64,000 nucleotides of DNA, taken from the NCBI GenBank assembly GCA_951406725.2, contig OX597829.1, forward strand, positions 53,382,001 through 53,446,000, written 5' to 3'. Within the stretch, counting starts at the first letter, position 1. The number at the start of each line of letters is the position of its first letter. The DNA comes from Octopus vulgaris (Eukaryota). A program made the position numbers and the translations under genes. The notes beneath the pieces were generated by a model, which saw only the letters and a list, made by a program, of their open reading frames with translations, was not told the origin of the DNA and ran no database searches. Shown one piece after another: positions 1-10,370 of this stretch.

Positions 1-418
1 GATGATCATGTCAGTGAATTAAATAGCTTACCACCATATCACGTTGAATACACCGGTTATCATCTGATGATAGAGGCTTTGGGGATAACCAGAGTTTTCT
101 ATCTATTTCTTCTGTTTGCACTTGAGGTCGGGTGTTGATCTGTCAGATTCAAATGAATTGTGCTTAGTCCAGAAATAACTTTAAGGATTTGAGTATTTTT
201 TATTTATTTATTTTTTGTTGGGTGGGGACATCCTGCAATTTTCTCCATTTAATTTGTTCAACAAACTGATTACTGATTGGTACATGGGGCAATAGAGAGT
301 TGTCACCTTTGTTCTGTGTTGAAATTTTAGCATCTGTGTGTATGTTGCTTGTAATAGGAGTAATCAAGGGAAAACATTTAAAAATTTTTTTTGATGTTTG
401 TGTTTCCATTGCTCTTAA

Positions 419-623
419 CCCTTTAGTGTTCAGATTATTCTATCAAACATAATGCTTATTAATTCACATTGATTTGAATTAATCATGCATTATCTCATAT
501 CTTCAAAGATCTTGATGGTGTAATTACATTGTAGGGTAGGTGTGAGAGCCTGGATCTGGTCAGTTTGAACATATAACAGATTAACTATTTTGGCCGGATA
601 TGGCCAGTTTAAATACTAAAGGG
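419..623. mobile_element. piggyBac-type MITE
   Basis: TIRs CCCTTTAGTGTT / AATACTAAAGGG flanked by TTAA at 415-418 and 624-627. A diverged second copy lies at ~56420-56637. Confidence 0.8.
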
Positions 624-860
624 TTAAATTATTACCATATATACCAGTGAACCCTCCTCTCTTGCACACCTTTTTCTTTTAGCTCATTTGTACACTAACT
701 TATTACATCCATTTAATAATAACAATTTTATGAAATGCATTGCTCAGCTGTACTACAACTCGTTTGGAAATGTTAAAAGACGAAACTGCTAACTTTGGTG
801 AAATAAAGGAAGAGCTAGCAATAAAAGCTAGAATATCCAAAGAGTTAAGGTGCTATATTA

Positions 861-1283
861 TATCTTTTTGGAGTCTGGATGATCCTAGGATTGAAAATCT
901 GCCCTTCATTTGGTTCTTGAACATCCAGTATTGAGATCTGATTTAAAAAGCACTTGGGTTGCTATTTCTAGCAGTTAAAGCTTGGCCGATTCACACCACC
1001 TTACTTGGTATTTGTCAGATAACGTCAGAGATCAAGAGAGGAGCAAAATGACATTCGCTTCGTTGAGATAAGAACTTTGGGACAGATTGGCCAACATTAG
1101 GAATTCAACTTGGGATTGGAACAATAAAAAGGAATGATTGCATTACAGAATTCATTCTCATCCGTCCTTAACTTCTGATTGAATACCATTGGGACATATA
1201 GTCATGCTATTTAGCTCTCTTTAGTTTTGGGCTGCAATCCCAATTAGCCCTTTGCAGGGGCTATTTTAAAAGTCCGCACAGAG
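861..1283 (-). repeat. Dispersed repeat, inverted copy of the element at 28101-28656
   Basis: The reverse complement aligns colinearly with 28122-28572 (e.g. cagcccaaaact, gctaaatagcatgacta, gttcaagaaccaaatgaagg). Confidence 0.8.
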
Positions 1284-2500
1284 TGTGGATTTTTTGCTGA
1301 TATATATATATATATATATATTTCACTTTTGTATTTGGTTTCCAAGATTCTTGATTTGAATCCATGTGTTGAAACATGCCAATCATAAATGCACATTGGT
1401 TCTGTTTCAGTTCTTTATTTGTCAATTAGTTAACTATTTGACCAATTAACTAATGAATAGTTTGGTCAGTCAATCAACTAGGTTTGTCAAAGTCTTTCCA
1501 TTGCTGTGCACAACCTCATCAATCACTTACCCTCTTTAACTCCCAAGTCTGCTTCAAGTCTGTCTGTCTGCTCCTAGCTACTCGTAGCCATCCATCCCTT
1601 CTGTGTATAAGTTAAGATATATAGGTGTGCATGTATACATGTATGTGTGTATGTATGTGTGTAAAAATGCATTCCCCACTCTACCAGGGGGCACCTTGAC
1701 ATGACTTTTGGCGTTTATTGCCAATGGTGAGAATTTTTCTCAGCAGCAAACAGCAGTGAATTACAGGCCAAATATATTCCAAACATATTTGAACGGACCT
1801 AAATGTTTGTTCACTTACAACCCTGCTTTGTCGTGCCTACTACAACAACATTTTGTTCTAGCCCGGGCCCCGAGTCACACAATCCAGTTATGTTTTGATA
1901 TTGATTTATTATAAGGAAGTAAAAGCTTCCAATCACTTCAGGGTTGTCTCTTTTGTGGTATACAGTGCTGATCATAACCAAGAAGCTAGAAATGTACTCT
2001 CCACCCTACTGGAGGGCACCCTAAAATGACTGTTAGCATTTTTCAACCCTATAGACTGAACCGAGAACTTTCCTCAATGATAAATGACTGTGAATGTGGC
2101 CATTACACAGGTCAAACATGTCCCAAATACACCTTAACTGATTTAAGTATTTGCTTACTCACAACACTGCTTTCATGTGCCTACTACAATGTACTTGTGT
2201 ATGTGTATTACACACACACACACAGACTTGTTACTTGTTTAGATATGCTTGGAGCACATTCAAACCTGTAAGAAGACCATTCACTCTATTTTGTTATGAG
2301 AAAATTTTCTCACTCTAGACAAATAGGAGTAAACACACCAAGTCTGTTCAAAGCACCCTCTAACCAAAGTGAAGGCTGCATGCATTTTGGAGTGGTTATC
2401 TCCTCTTCAGCATCAGATACCAAAAAGAGGAATAATACAAACTGACTAGTCATTGTACTGTGTGTGTGTATTTTTATTTATATATATATGTGTGTGTGTG

Positions 2501-2542
<42 letters not shown>

Positions 2543-2990
2543 GTGACGCATATTTGCCATTTGAATATGGATAACCCCTAAGGGTGGATGCTACTGTAGT
2601 TTGTAGCCCCAGGAAGATATCTCCTCCAGCTGGCTATAGACACACTATCTGTGTCCTCTCAGTATTTGTGAAGGGAAGTCATCCTCCCCGTCTTCAACTC
2701 ATGATACACACGGACTCGAGTTTCAAGGTGTTTACCCATCATCAGCGTGTGACAATCATGGTTGTCGACGAGAAGTCAGCTCCCTTCACAAATACATATA
2801 CTTTTTCCAGTGTCGATTGACACTGATATTAAAAAAGTGAAATCAAACAATGATAAATCTCAGAGCGAGTTATAAACAGTAGCGGTAACACATCGTGACG
2901 CATATTTGCCATTTGAATATGGCTAACCCCTAAGGGTGGATGCTACTGTAGTTTGTAGCCCCAGGAAGATATCTCCTCCATCTGGCTATA
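2543..2990 (-). mobile_element. Retrozyme/Penelope pLTR-like unit: 352-bp period with 96-bp terminal direct repeat and internal hammerhead
   Basis: 2543-2638 is repeated at 2895-2990 with 2 mismatches. (TA)n lies on both sides and a hammerhead core lies inside. Confidence 0.75.
2707..2751 (-). ncRNA. Minimal type I hammerhead ribozyme
   Basis: Minus strand reads CACACG-CUGAUGA-UGGGU(AAAC)ACCUU-GAAA-CUCGA-GUC^-CGUGUG: 6-bp stem I, intact core, palindromic stem III, GUC cleavage triplet. Confidence 0.85.
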
Positions 2991-4319
2991 TATATATATA
3001 TATATATATATCAATTATAGTTTTCTTTTTTGGTGACACATTGCAGACTGATGTGTATATGTGTGTATGTACACACACACATAATCTGTGCAGCTAGATT
3101 ACAAATTCTACAGTTGAGTAAGAGCTCCCTGTAGATTATCATCATTCAGTTTGCTTCCAGTTTAGTGGTTTACTGGTATTACCAGTTATGATAAACAGAG
3201 CAAAAGAGAAATTAGGATAAACACAAGTTGCTATCATTAGTATACATAAGGAACTGATCTATTACATAAAATAGACCTGTGTGTATTTGCTTTTCATGCA
3301 AAAACAGCATTGCGAATTGCTTCCATACATGAGATGCATGAATAATTTGACCTTGGATGATACATGATAGGGTCTTCATTTTATATTCTTATTGAAATAA
3401 ATAATATTGCTTTATATAAGATTAACTTCTTTAAAATGGTTTTTTCAACATCAACTTCCGGTACTGACATGGCAACTACAGCTTGCTAGATGCACACATG
3501 CATGTCTGATGTAGCAGCTGTGACTATCTGTCTGTCTGTCTAAATATCTAGCTATGTGTGTGTGTGTGTTTGCTTTTCATACGAAAACAGCTGCATGAAC
3601 CAGTACCATATTTGGGAGGTGTGTTCCATATCTAGTTTCTCATTGTACTTCCTCTCTTTCTATCTCTTACTCTATCATTCTCTCAACCATTCTGTCTACT
3701 GTTGTAATGATGTCTGATTCCCAAAAAATTATTACAGCTACTTCCATTGTTTACAATCTTCTGTACCAGTGTATTTGTATATCAGTAAATATCCATTGGT
3801 AAATATTTCTTAAAGCACTTGTTCATATAGGTTTTTCCAAGTGCATTCAACATATCTGATCTCCAAACTCGGTGCAAGCCACTTTTTTTGGAAAAGAAAG
3901 GGAGGGAGGGGTCAAAAAATTGTTTCACAGTGAAATATCAGTGGATCCTTTATCGCAAATAGCTGTTATATGGTAGCGGGACGTGCTAGAAATAGCAGCC
4001 AAATCTTTCCTTTTCTGGTGGCAAAGGAGCCATTTTGAAAGTATGCAAAAAAAACCTGGAAAAGAAAAACAAAACTCCATTGGTAGGAAACTCGGAGGTC
4101 ACCACCAGCCCTCCCCCTTGTTCTTTTCTGGAAAAAAATGGCTTACAGTTTGGAGGTCAGATATGTTGAATGCACTTAAAAAATCCTCTACAAAATATTT
4201 ACCTAGAAGGAACGTGTCAAATTGCACTACACACAAAGAGTACTGTGTTAAGGCTATGAGTTTATAACCCCAGTGAAACTGAGTCCCTTTGCTTGTGATA
4301 TATAATTTCTCATATATCC

Positions 4320-4580
4320 TTGTTCAACATCTGTCTTCCATGCAGCCATGGGTTGGATGGTTTGACAGGAGCCAGCCAGGTAGAAGACTACTCCAGGCTC
4401 CTTCATCTGCTTTGGCAAGGTTTTTATAGCTGGATGCCCTTTCTAACACCTCCCATTCTGCAGAGTGGACTGAGTGCTTTTTACTTGGCACCAGCACAGG
4501 TGAGGTCAATTTTGACATGGTTTTTACAGCTGGATGTCCTTCCAAATGCCAACCACTTTACAGTTTCGACTGGATGTTTT
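4320..4580 (-). mobile_element. RTE 3'-end-derived repeat, decayed
   Basis: Contains catgggttggatggtttgac...agctggatgccc motifs shared with the RTE 3' end at 18970-19470. Confidence 0.7.
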
Positions 4581-6041
4581 TTTTTTAATGTAAATGACAG
4601 TTTGAATTTAAAAAAAAAAGACATTTTTAATTAAATAAACTGCATGCTAATTTTTATCTGCTTTTGTTTCTGTATACCACATGGTGGACAACACTTCCCA
4701 AATAGGAATTGCTAACAATGAAGGGATGTCTGTTAGATAACATTTTCAGTATGTTTGATAGTTCCTTAATTTGGACATCTGCAAAATAGTCTGGATGTAA
4801 TAAACTGACTTGACCAAAAATTTTCATGGGTAAAGGATCCTCAAATTAAAATTAACATGAGTGGTGCAATAAATGCCACTTTTTGAACTTCGACTTATGT
4901 ATTTCAACAGGGCAAGTATATGTCTTTTAGGGGGTCAGCAAATTATGCCCTACATCAGTGATTTTACTTGCTTTTATGAAAATGTCTGTAGCAGATTTCT
5001 TGATAATGTTTGTAAGAGTCATTCACCTATCTTTCTGAAATGATGGGAAGCGAAGGAACTGAAGTAGGCAAATATCCGTGTGAATCTGAATTTTTTTTAT
5101 GTGTTAGGAAGACTAAAAGAAATAGGTAAATTGGTAGATTGGTAGATTGAGAGAAAATGAGATAGAATGATAGTTAGGCCTTTCTATAGATTGGTGCCAC
5201 TCCCAACTTTATTTCCTGATAGCTTTCAGAAAAGTGGGGTTTTAACTTTCAGATGTGTTATCAAGGCTATAGCTTTACAATTATATTGATGAAATTAAGT
5301 GTTTGTGTGTGTGTGTGGGGGGGATCTTTTGGAAATTGTCCTTCCCTATCCACAGTTTGTTATCATTAATTTCCATAACTTTAGCACTTTTTAAACTCTG
5401 TTCTTCAGATTTATATGTTTGAAACAGCATTATGTAATCTACACATTTCTGCAAAGTGTCGTTTTTTGAAAGGGAGTTATGAAGAAACAAAGATTTTATA
5501 CAATTCCTGATATTAATTTAATTGTAAAAATGTAATAGGATTTTTTAAAACATTGAATGGGTATGAGGCTCCAGGAAAGTAAAATAGGAATCAAAGGGGT
5601 TCCATAGGGGATAAAAGGGGTTGAGAACCTCTGATCTACACCTTTAAAAATGTAATATTTCATATTAAAAACAAACATGCATTTTTCTTAAGCTTTTTTT
5701 TAAATAAGAAATTTCATCTGTCTGTTTACCAATGTATTGGAATTATGATAAATGACCACCACCACAACTCTGTTTTCGCATAACTTTCTAGTTATGAAGA
5801 AAAAAAAAGAAGTGTTTGTAATCTATTGTTATGACATTTTTTATTTAAAATAAGGTAAACAATAGAAAGAAAAAAAATATTTAAGTTTTCTGCTGAGAAA
5901 TTTTTTGAATGGCTATTTGCATTTTGTTTACTTTGTGTAATAAGTTATCTCTTTTAAAATAAATTTCCTGTTAAAGATGGTATTGAGAAATGCAAACAAT
6001 TTGGCAAGAGAAAATAAAACAGACAACTCTGATGTCATATT

Positions 6042-6046
<5 letters not shown>

Positions 6047-6096
<50 letters not shown>
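6047..6096. repeat. (TA)n microsatellite
   Basis: Uninterrupted dinucleotide run. Confidence 0.9.
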
Positions 6097-6100
<4 letters not shown>

Positions 6101-6298
6101 ATTTGTGAACTGAACTAGAAAATTGTTGGACTTAACAATCATTCAAAAAGTATTTGATTAGTCTCTTAATTTTTAACATCTGTTTCATCTGACCTGATGT
6201 AAGTAATCTTAAATGTATTACTATTCTATGTTGATGGAAATGTTAGCAAATAATCTATGAAGTGTTTTTTATTGTTTTCCTGAATTGCTTATTTTCAG

Positions 6299-6400
6299 GT
6301 TGTGTTTGGTAATTGTGGTGTGATTCAAGGAATTTCATCTGGGAAAGGTTATGTTGAAATGTCTACTATTGATGAAGAAACAATCAAAGATGTTAGAGAG
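6299..6400 (+). CDS. GLYR1: GLYR1/NP60-like dehydrogenase, internal exon A (VVFGNCGVIQGISSGKGYVEMSTIDEETIKDVRE)
   Basis: ttttcag acceptor and gtattg donor, 102 nt, phase 0-0. The translation matches the 'GK.YV.MST.D' segment of GLYR1/3-hydroxyisobutyrate dehydrogenase-family NAD(P)-binding domains. Confidence 0.9.
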
Positions 6401-6576
6401 GTATTGTTACAGTCTAACTTTTTATAATGTTGTGTAGATGTTGTTAGATATATGAAAGGACTTCTACGTTTCTTTTTCATGCTTGTGTTGTTTTTTTTTA
6501 ATCAAGATATTTGGGAATAGCTAGGACAGTTATTTTTATAGTCATTCTCTTCCTACTTGTAATAATTCAACTGTGT

Positions 6577-6794
6577 AGGTGGCGATCTGGTAGAAACGTT
6601 AGAACGCTAGACGAAATGCTTAGCGATATTTCGTCTGTCTTTACTTCCTGAGTTCAAATTCTGCTGAGGTCAACTTTGCCTTTCATCCTATCGGGGACGA
6701 TAAATTAAGTACCAGTTGTGTAATGGGGTCGATGTAATCGACTGACCCCCCCCCTCTCCTGAAAATTTAAGGCCTTGTGCCAAGAGTAGAAAAG
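6577..6794 (+). mobile_element. tRNA-type SINE, family 1, with TSD
   Basis: B-box-like gagttcaaatt and core gcctttcatcc...gataaattaagtaccag. 16-bp TSD aataatt(c/g)aactgtgt at 6561-6576 and 6795-6810. Confidence 0.85.
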
Positions 6795-7249
6795 AATAAT
6801 TGAACTGTGTTTCAGTTAAAGTCATTTGGATGAACTGAATGAAACAAGAAGAGAAATATTTCATCTTTTACCTGTTTCAGTCGTTAGACCATAGCTTTGC
6901 TGGGATTCCTCTTTGACATCTTTAGTTGAACAAATGAACCTCAATGTTTATTCTTTTTAAAGTTTGGTATTTATGTTTTTGGACTCTTTTGCTAAACTGT
7001 GAAGTTATAAGGGATGCAAAATATTAAAAAAAAAAAAAAAAAAAAGGGCATTGGTCAGCCCAGGGCTGCAGCAGAAGATACTTTTCCATGGTGCGACACT
7101 ATGGTTGCAAAATGAACTTTTTGACCATGCAAGAAAAGTACATAAATTGAAATTAGCTTTGTTTGATTTAAAAGAAAATTATGAATTCAGAGTAGATTTC
7201 CACATTAGCAATGGATTCATATCTCAGTAAAATAATCCATTCATTTGAA

Positions 7250-7500
7250 TCATCATCATCATTGTTTGACATCCGTTGGCATGAGTTGGACAGTTTGGCA
7301 AGAGCTGGCAAACTGGAGAGATGCACTGGGCTCCCAATTGTCTGCTCTGGCATGATTTCTACAGTGGGATGTCCTTCCTAATGCCAGCCACTTCACATTG
7401 TGTACTAGGTGCTTTCCATGTGATGTCAGCAGGGATGCTTTGTATGTGACACCAGTACCTGTGGGGTTGCCAGGTAGCTTGCAAGACACAGACATCTCAG
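7250..7500 (-). mobile_element. RTE 3'-end-derived repeat with (CAT)n tail, decayed
   Basis: (CAT)n followed by the family motif ggatgtccttcctaatgcc. Confidence 0.7.
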
Positions 7501-7767
7501 CTGAGAATATGGATTTAATATTGAGTTGTATGATTTATATGAAGTACCAAAGTGATGGAGTTTTCACTGAAACTTAATTGCATTAAGAAACTCAGTTTGT
7601 GTTAGAGGGATGCAGAACACTAGAATATTATTCACTTTTGCAATCTTATTTTGTACAAGAATTTCATATTTCCTCTGAATAAACAATGTATATTTTCCTA
7701 ATTAAACCCAATCTTTAGAAAACGTCTTTTTAATATCTGTTCTTAATTTTCTGTATTTGCTTCACAG

Positions 7768-7930
7768 GCTGTTGTTTTAAGAGGAGGGAGATTTCTCGAA
7801 GCTCCTGTGTGTGGTAGCAGAGTACCAGCATTGGAAGGGCAACTTGTTATTCTTGCTTCTGGCGATAGGAAGCTTTATGAAGATTGTCATTCTAGTTTTG
7901 AAGCAATGGGGAAAAGATCGTTTTTTCTAG
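7768..7930 (+). CDS. GLYR1: GLYR1-like exon B ([54 protein letters not shown])
   Basis: ttcacag acceptor and gtatta donor, 163 nt, phase 0-1. Contains [10 protein letters not shown] and AMGK.SFFLG motifs typical of GLYR1. Confidence 0.93.
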
Positions 7931-9666
7931 GTATTACTTTTAATTTCACTTTTAACAATATTCTGTACAGCTGTTCCAATCAAAAGCACTCTAGTTAACA
8001 TGTTTTAAAGTAAATAACGAACTCTCTATTCTGAGGAAGTAAAACTAATTCCTTCCTCATTTATTTACGTTCTAGAACATTTGTTATTAAAAATCCATGC
8101 ATGTATTGCTGACTTTTGTAATATATGTTTTGGGGGGTTTATTTTTTATCAAAACTATCCTGTATAACCTGGGCATGTTGTTTCTTGTAAATTTTGTAAT
8201 GAAAATGGTAAGGGAAATTGTGTGTGTCTGTGTGGTTGTATTTATAGTAATTTCGTCAACTAGAGAAGAGCTTGTTACGATATTGTTTGATTTGGAACCA
8301 AATCAGCAACTGTAAACCTTTCACTTTACAAGCTCAGATTTGAAGAAACTACAGAAAAGCTTTCTATTTGAAAATGAAAAATGAAGCAGTCGGCAAAAAA
8401 TAAATAGCTATAATGGTTAACATGGGTTATTAGATTGCCTATACAAATGTAGTGTTTGGAAATTAAGTTCTTGGTTTTCCTAATATTTATTGAATATTGA
8501 TCCTGATTTAGTAATAGGTTTTACTATTTTTCTTGAAAAACTTGTAATTTTTTAAAGATTAATTATATTGAAATTAATATATATTTCTGTAACACATTTA
8601 CAGTTGCATTAGAATAAAGCAGAAAACAGTATTGTTTTATTTATCAAAGACACTTTTTTACCTGGTCCTTTCTCAGTTTCTACTGATTCAAATTGAAAAC
8701 CAAGAAATACCAAAAAAATATGTTCAGGAAAATTTCTTAAAATTGAAATAAACCACAGTAATGTGAGGTTCCAAAAAAAAAAAAAAAAAGACATCACATT
8801 TGGGAAATATCAGTGGCTCTCATGGTATATTAAGAATATAGTGTGGGAAGTCACCAGTGGTGCAAGTTATGATCTCACAATGACCAGGAGGGGGGGGGAG
8901 AAAACTTTAATCTTTTCCTATATCATGTATTTACATTCTGTAATGATTATTATTAACATTGATGCACAGGTTGCTGAATTTTCCACCTGCTCCCGAGTTT
9001 CTTTCCATCAAAACTTGTTTTTAAAAATTGTTAACCAGTTTTTGAATGACATTTTATTCAATAATTTAATCAATGGATTAAAGGCAAATCATTGGAAATG
9101 ATAACCAGTGCTCCAGTTTTTCATCAGATGATTTGAACAAAATATTATCTGAAGAATGGTTGGATACTGACACTTTTGGAAGAACTGTTGATCCAAAATT
9201 CATGGTGGCAGTCTTAAACTGGTTGCTGAATTAAATTTCACCTCCAAAGTACACTGTTTGGCTTCTGAATTTTATTCACAAGTCTTTGGTTGACACAGAA
9301 CTTTGGTACAAGACATGTTTAATGTGCCTTTCATTGTAATTGATTCTAACTCTATGGCAGTTGCAAAGTAAGCAGCTTAACTATGCTTCCATGTCAGTAT
9401 TCAAAACATTTTTGGCTATGGACAGACAGATGTACCAAATGCATTTGTGTGAATATAAGAATTGTTTCCAAGATTTAGCAATTTGCTAAGGTGATCTAAA
9501 TAATCACAGTGTATAGAGATAATCTTGGTAATTTCAGTTTGAAGTGTGAGTGGTAATTGCAAAAGTTGAAGTCATTGCTGCTGAAATAATAAAGGATAAT
9601 TATGTATGTATGTTGTTCATCTACCAATGCACATCCTCTCGACCTTTTTACCTAATCATTTTGCAG

Positions 9667-9846
9667 GTGAGACTGGTATGGCAACTCGCATGAAACTTGT
9701 CGTTAATATGATGTTGGGTTCAATGATGGCAAGTTTAGCTGAAACAATGGCTCTAGCTCAGAAAGCTGGTCTGGAGCAGGAAGACGTGGCAACAATATTA
9801 TCCTTAGGTCCATTAGCTTCAACTACAGTTTGTTACAAAAGTCAAG
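9667..9846 (+). CDS. GLYR1: GLYR1-like exon C (GETGMATRMKLVVNMMLGSMMASLAETMALAQKAGLEQEDVATILSLGPLASTTVCYKSQ)
   Basis: tttgcag acceptor and gtaatt donor, 180 nt, phase 1-1. Carries the catalytic helix K-L-x-x-N. Confidence 0.93.
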
Positions 9847-10245
9847 GTAATTACCTTTGTATTTTATAAGTTCTACTGATGTTTTATGACCACACTTGTA
9901 AATCCTATGACTCTTCATCTCCAGTAATTTTTATTTTGCCACCATTGACAAATATGCATCAAACAAAATCAAACTCCATGGCAAAGGTTTCCAAATTCGA
10001 GCTTTTCAATTTTATGGATTGATCGGAATAATATTAGATAGTTGTTAATGAATAATTGAGGAAAGAATTTTAATACTTTCAATTTGTATTCTCAGAAGTA
10101 TAGCCTGCTTGAAAGCTAAATTTTATTTTATTTTATTTATTTATTTATTTATTTATTTTTTTTGTAAATTGTATTTGGAATATATGAATATATTTTTTTT
10201 TAAAATCTAATGTAAGTTTCTGTTGAATTCTGATTTCTATTTCAG

Positions 10246-10370
10246 CCATAATGAATAACAAACATGATCCACATTTTCCTTTACAACACCAGCAGAAAGA
10301 TCTACGATTGGCATTAGATTTGGGTGACAGAGTCGAACAGCCTCTTTATGTTGCTGCTGCAGCAAATGAG
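10246..10370 (+). CDS. GLYR1: GLYR1-like exon D (AIMNNKHDPHFPLQHQQKDLRLALDLGDRVEQPLYVAAAANE)
   Basis: tttcag acceptor and gtaact donor, 125 nt, phase 1-0. Contains the F.L....KDLRLAL motif and AAAANE. Confidence 0.93.

Noticed and set aside
54-95. CTGATGA inside a ggttatc...gataacc hairpin, resembling a hammerhead
   Set aside because: No GAAA box or NUH site in register.
2026-2271. ORF containing CECGHYTGQT, reminiscent of a GIY-YIG endonuclease motif
   Set aside because: No flanking GIY-YIG residues or RT, and it lies within a non-coding tandem duplication.
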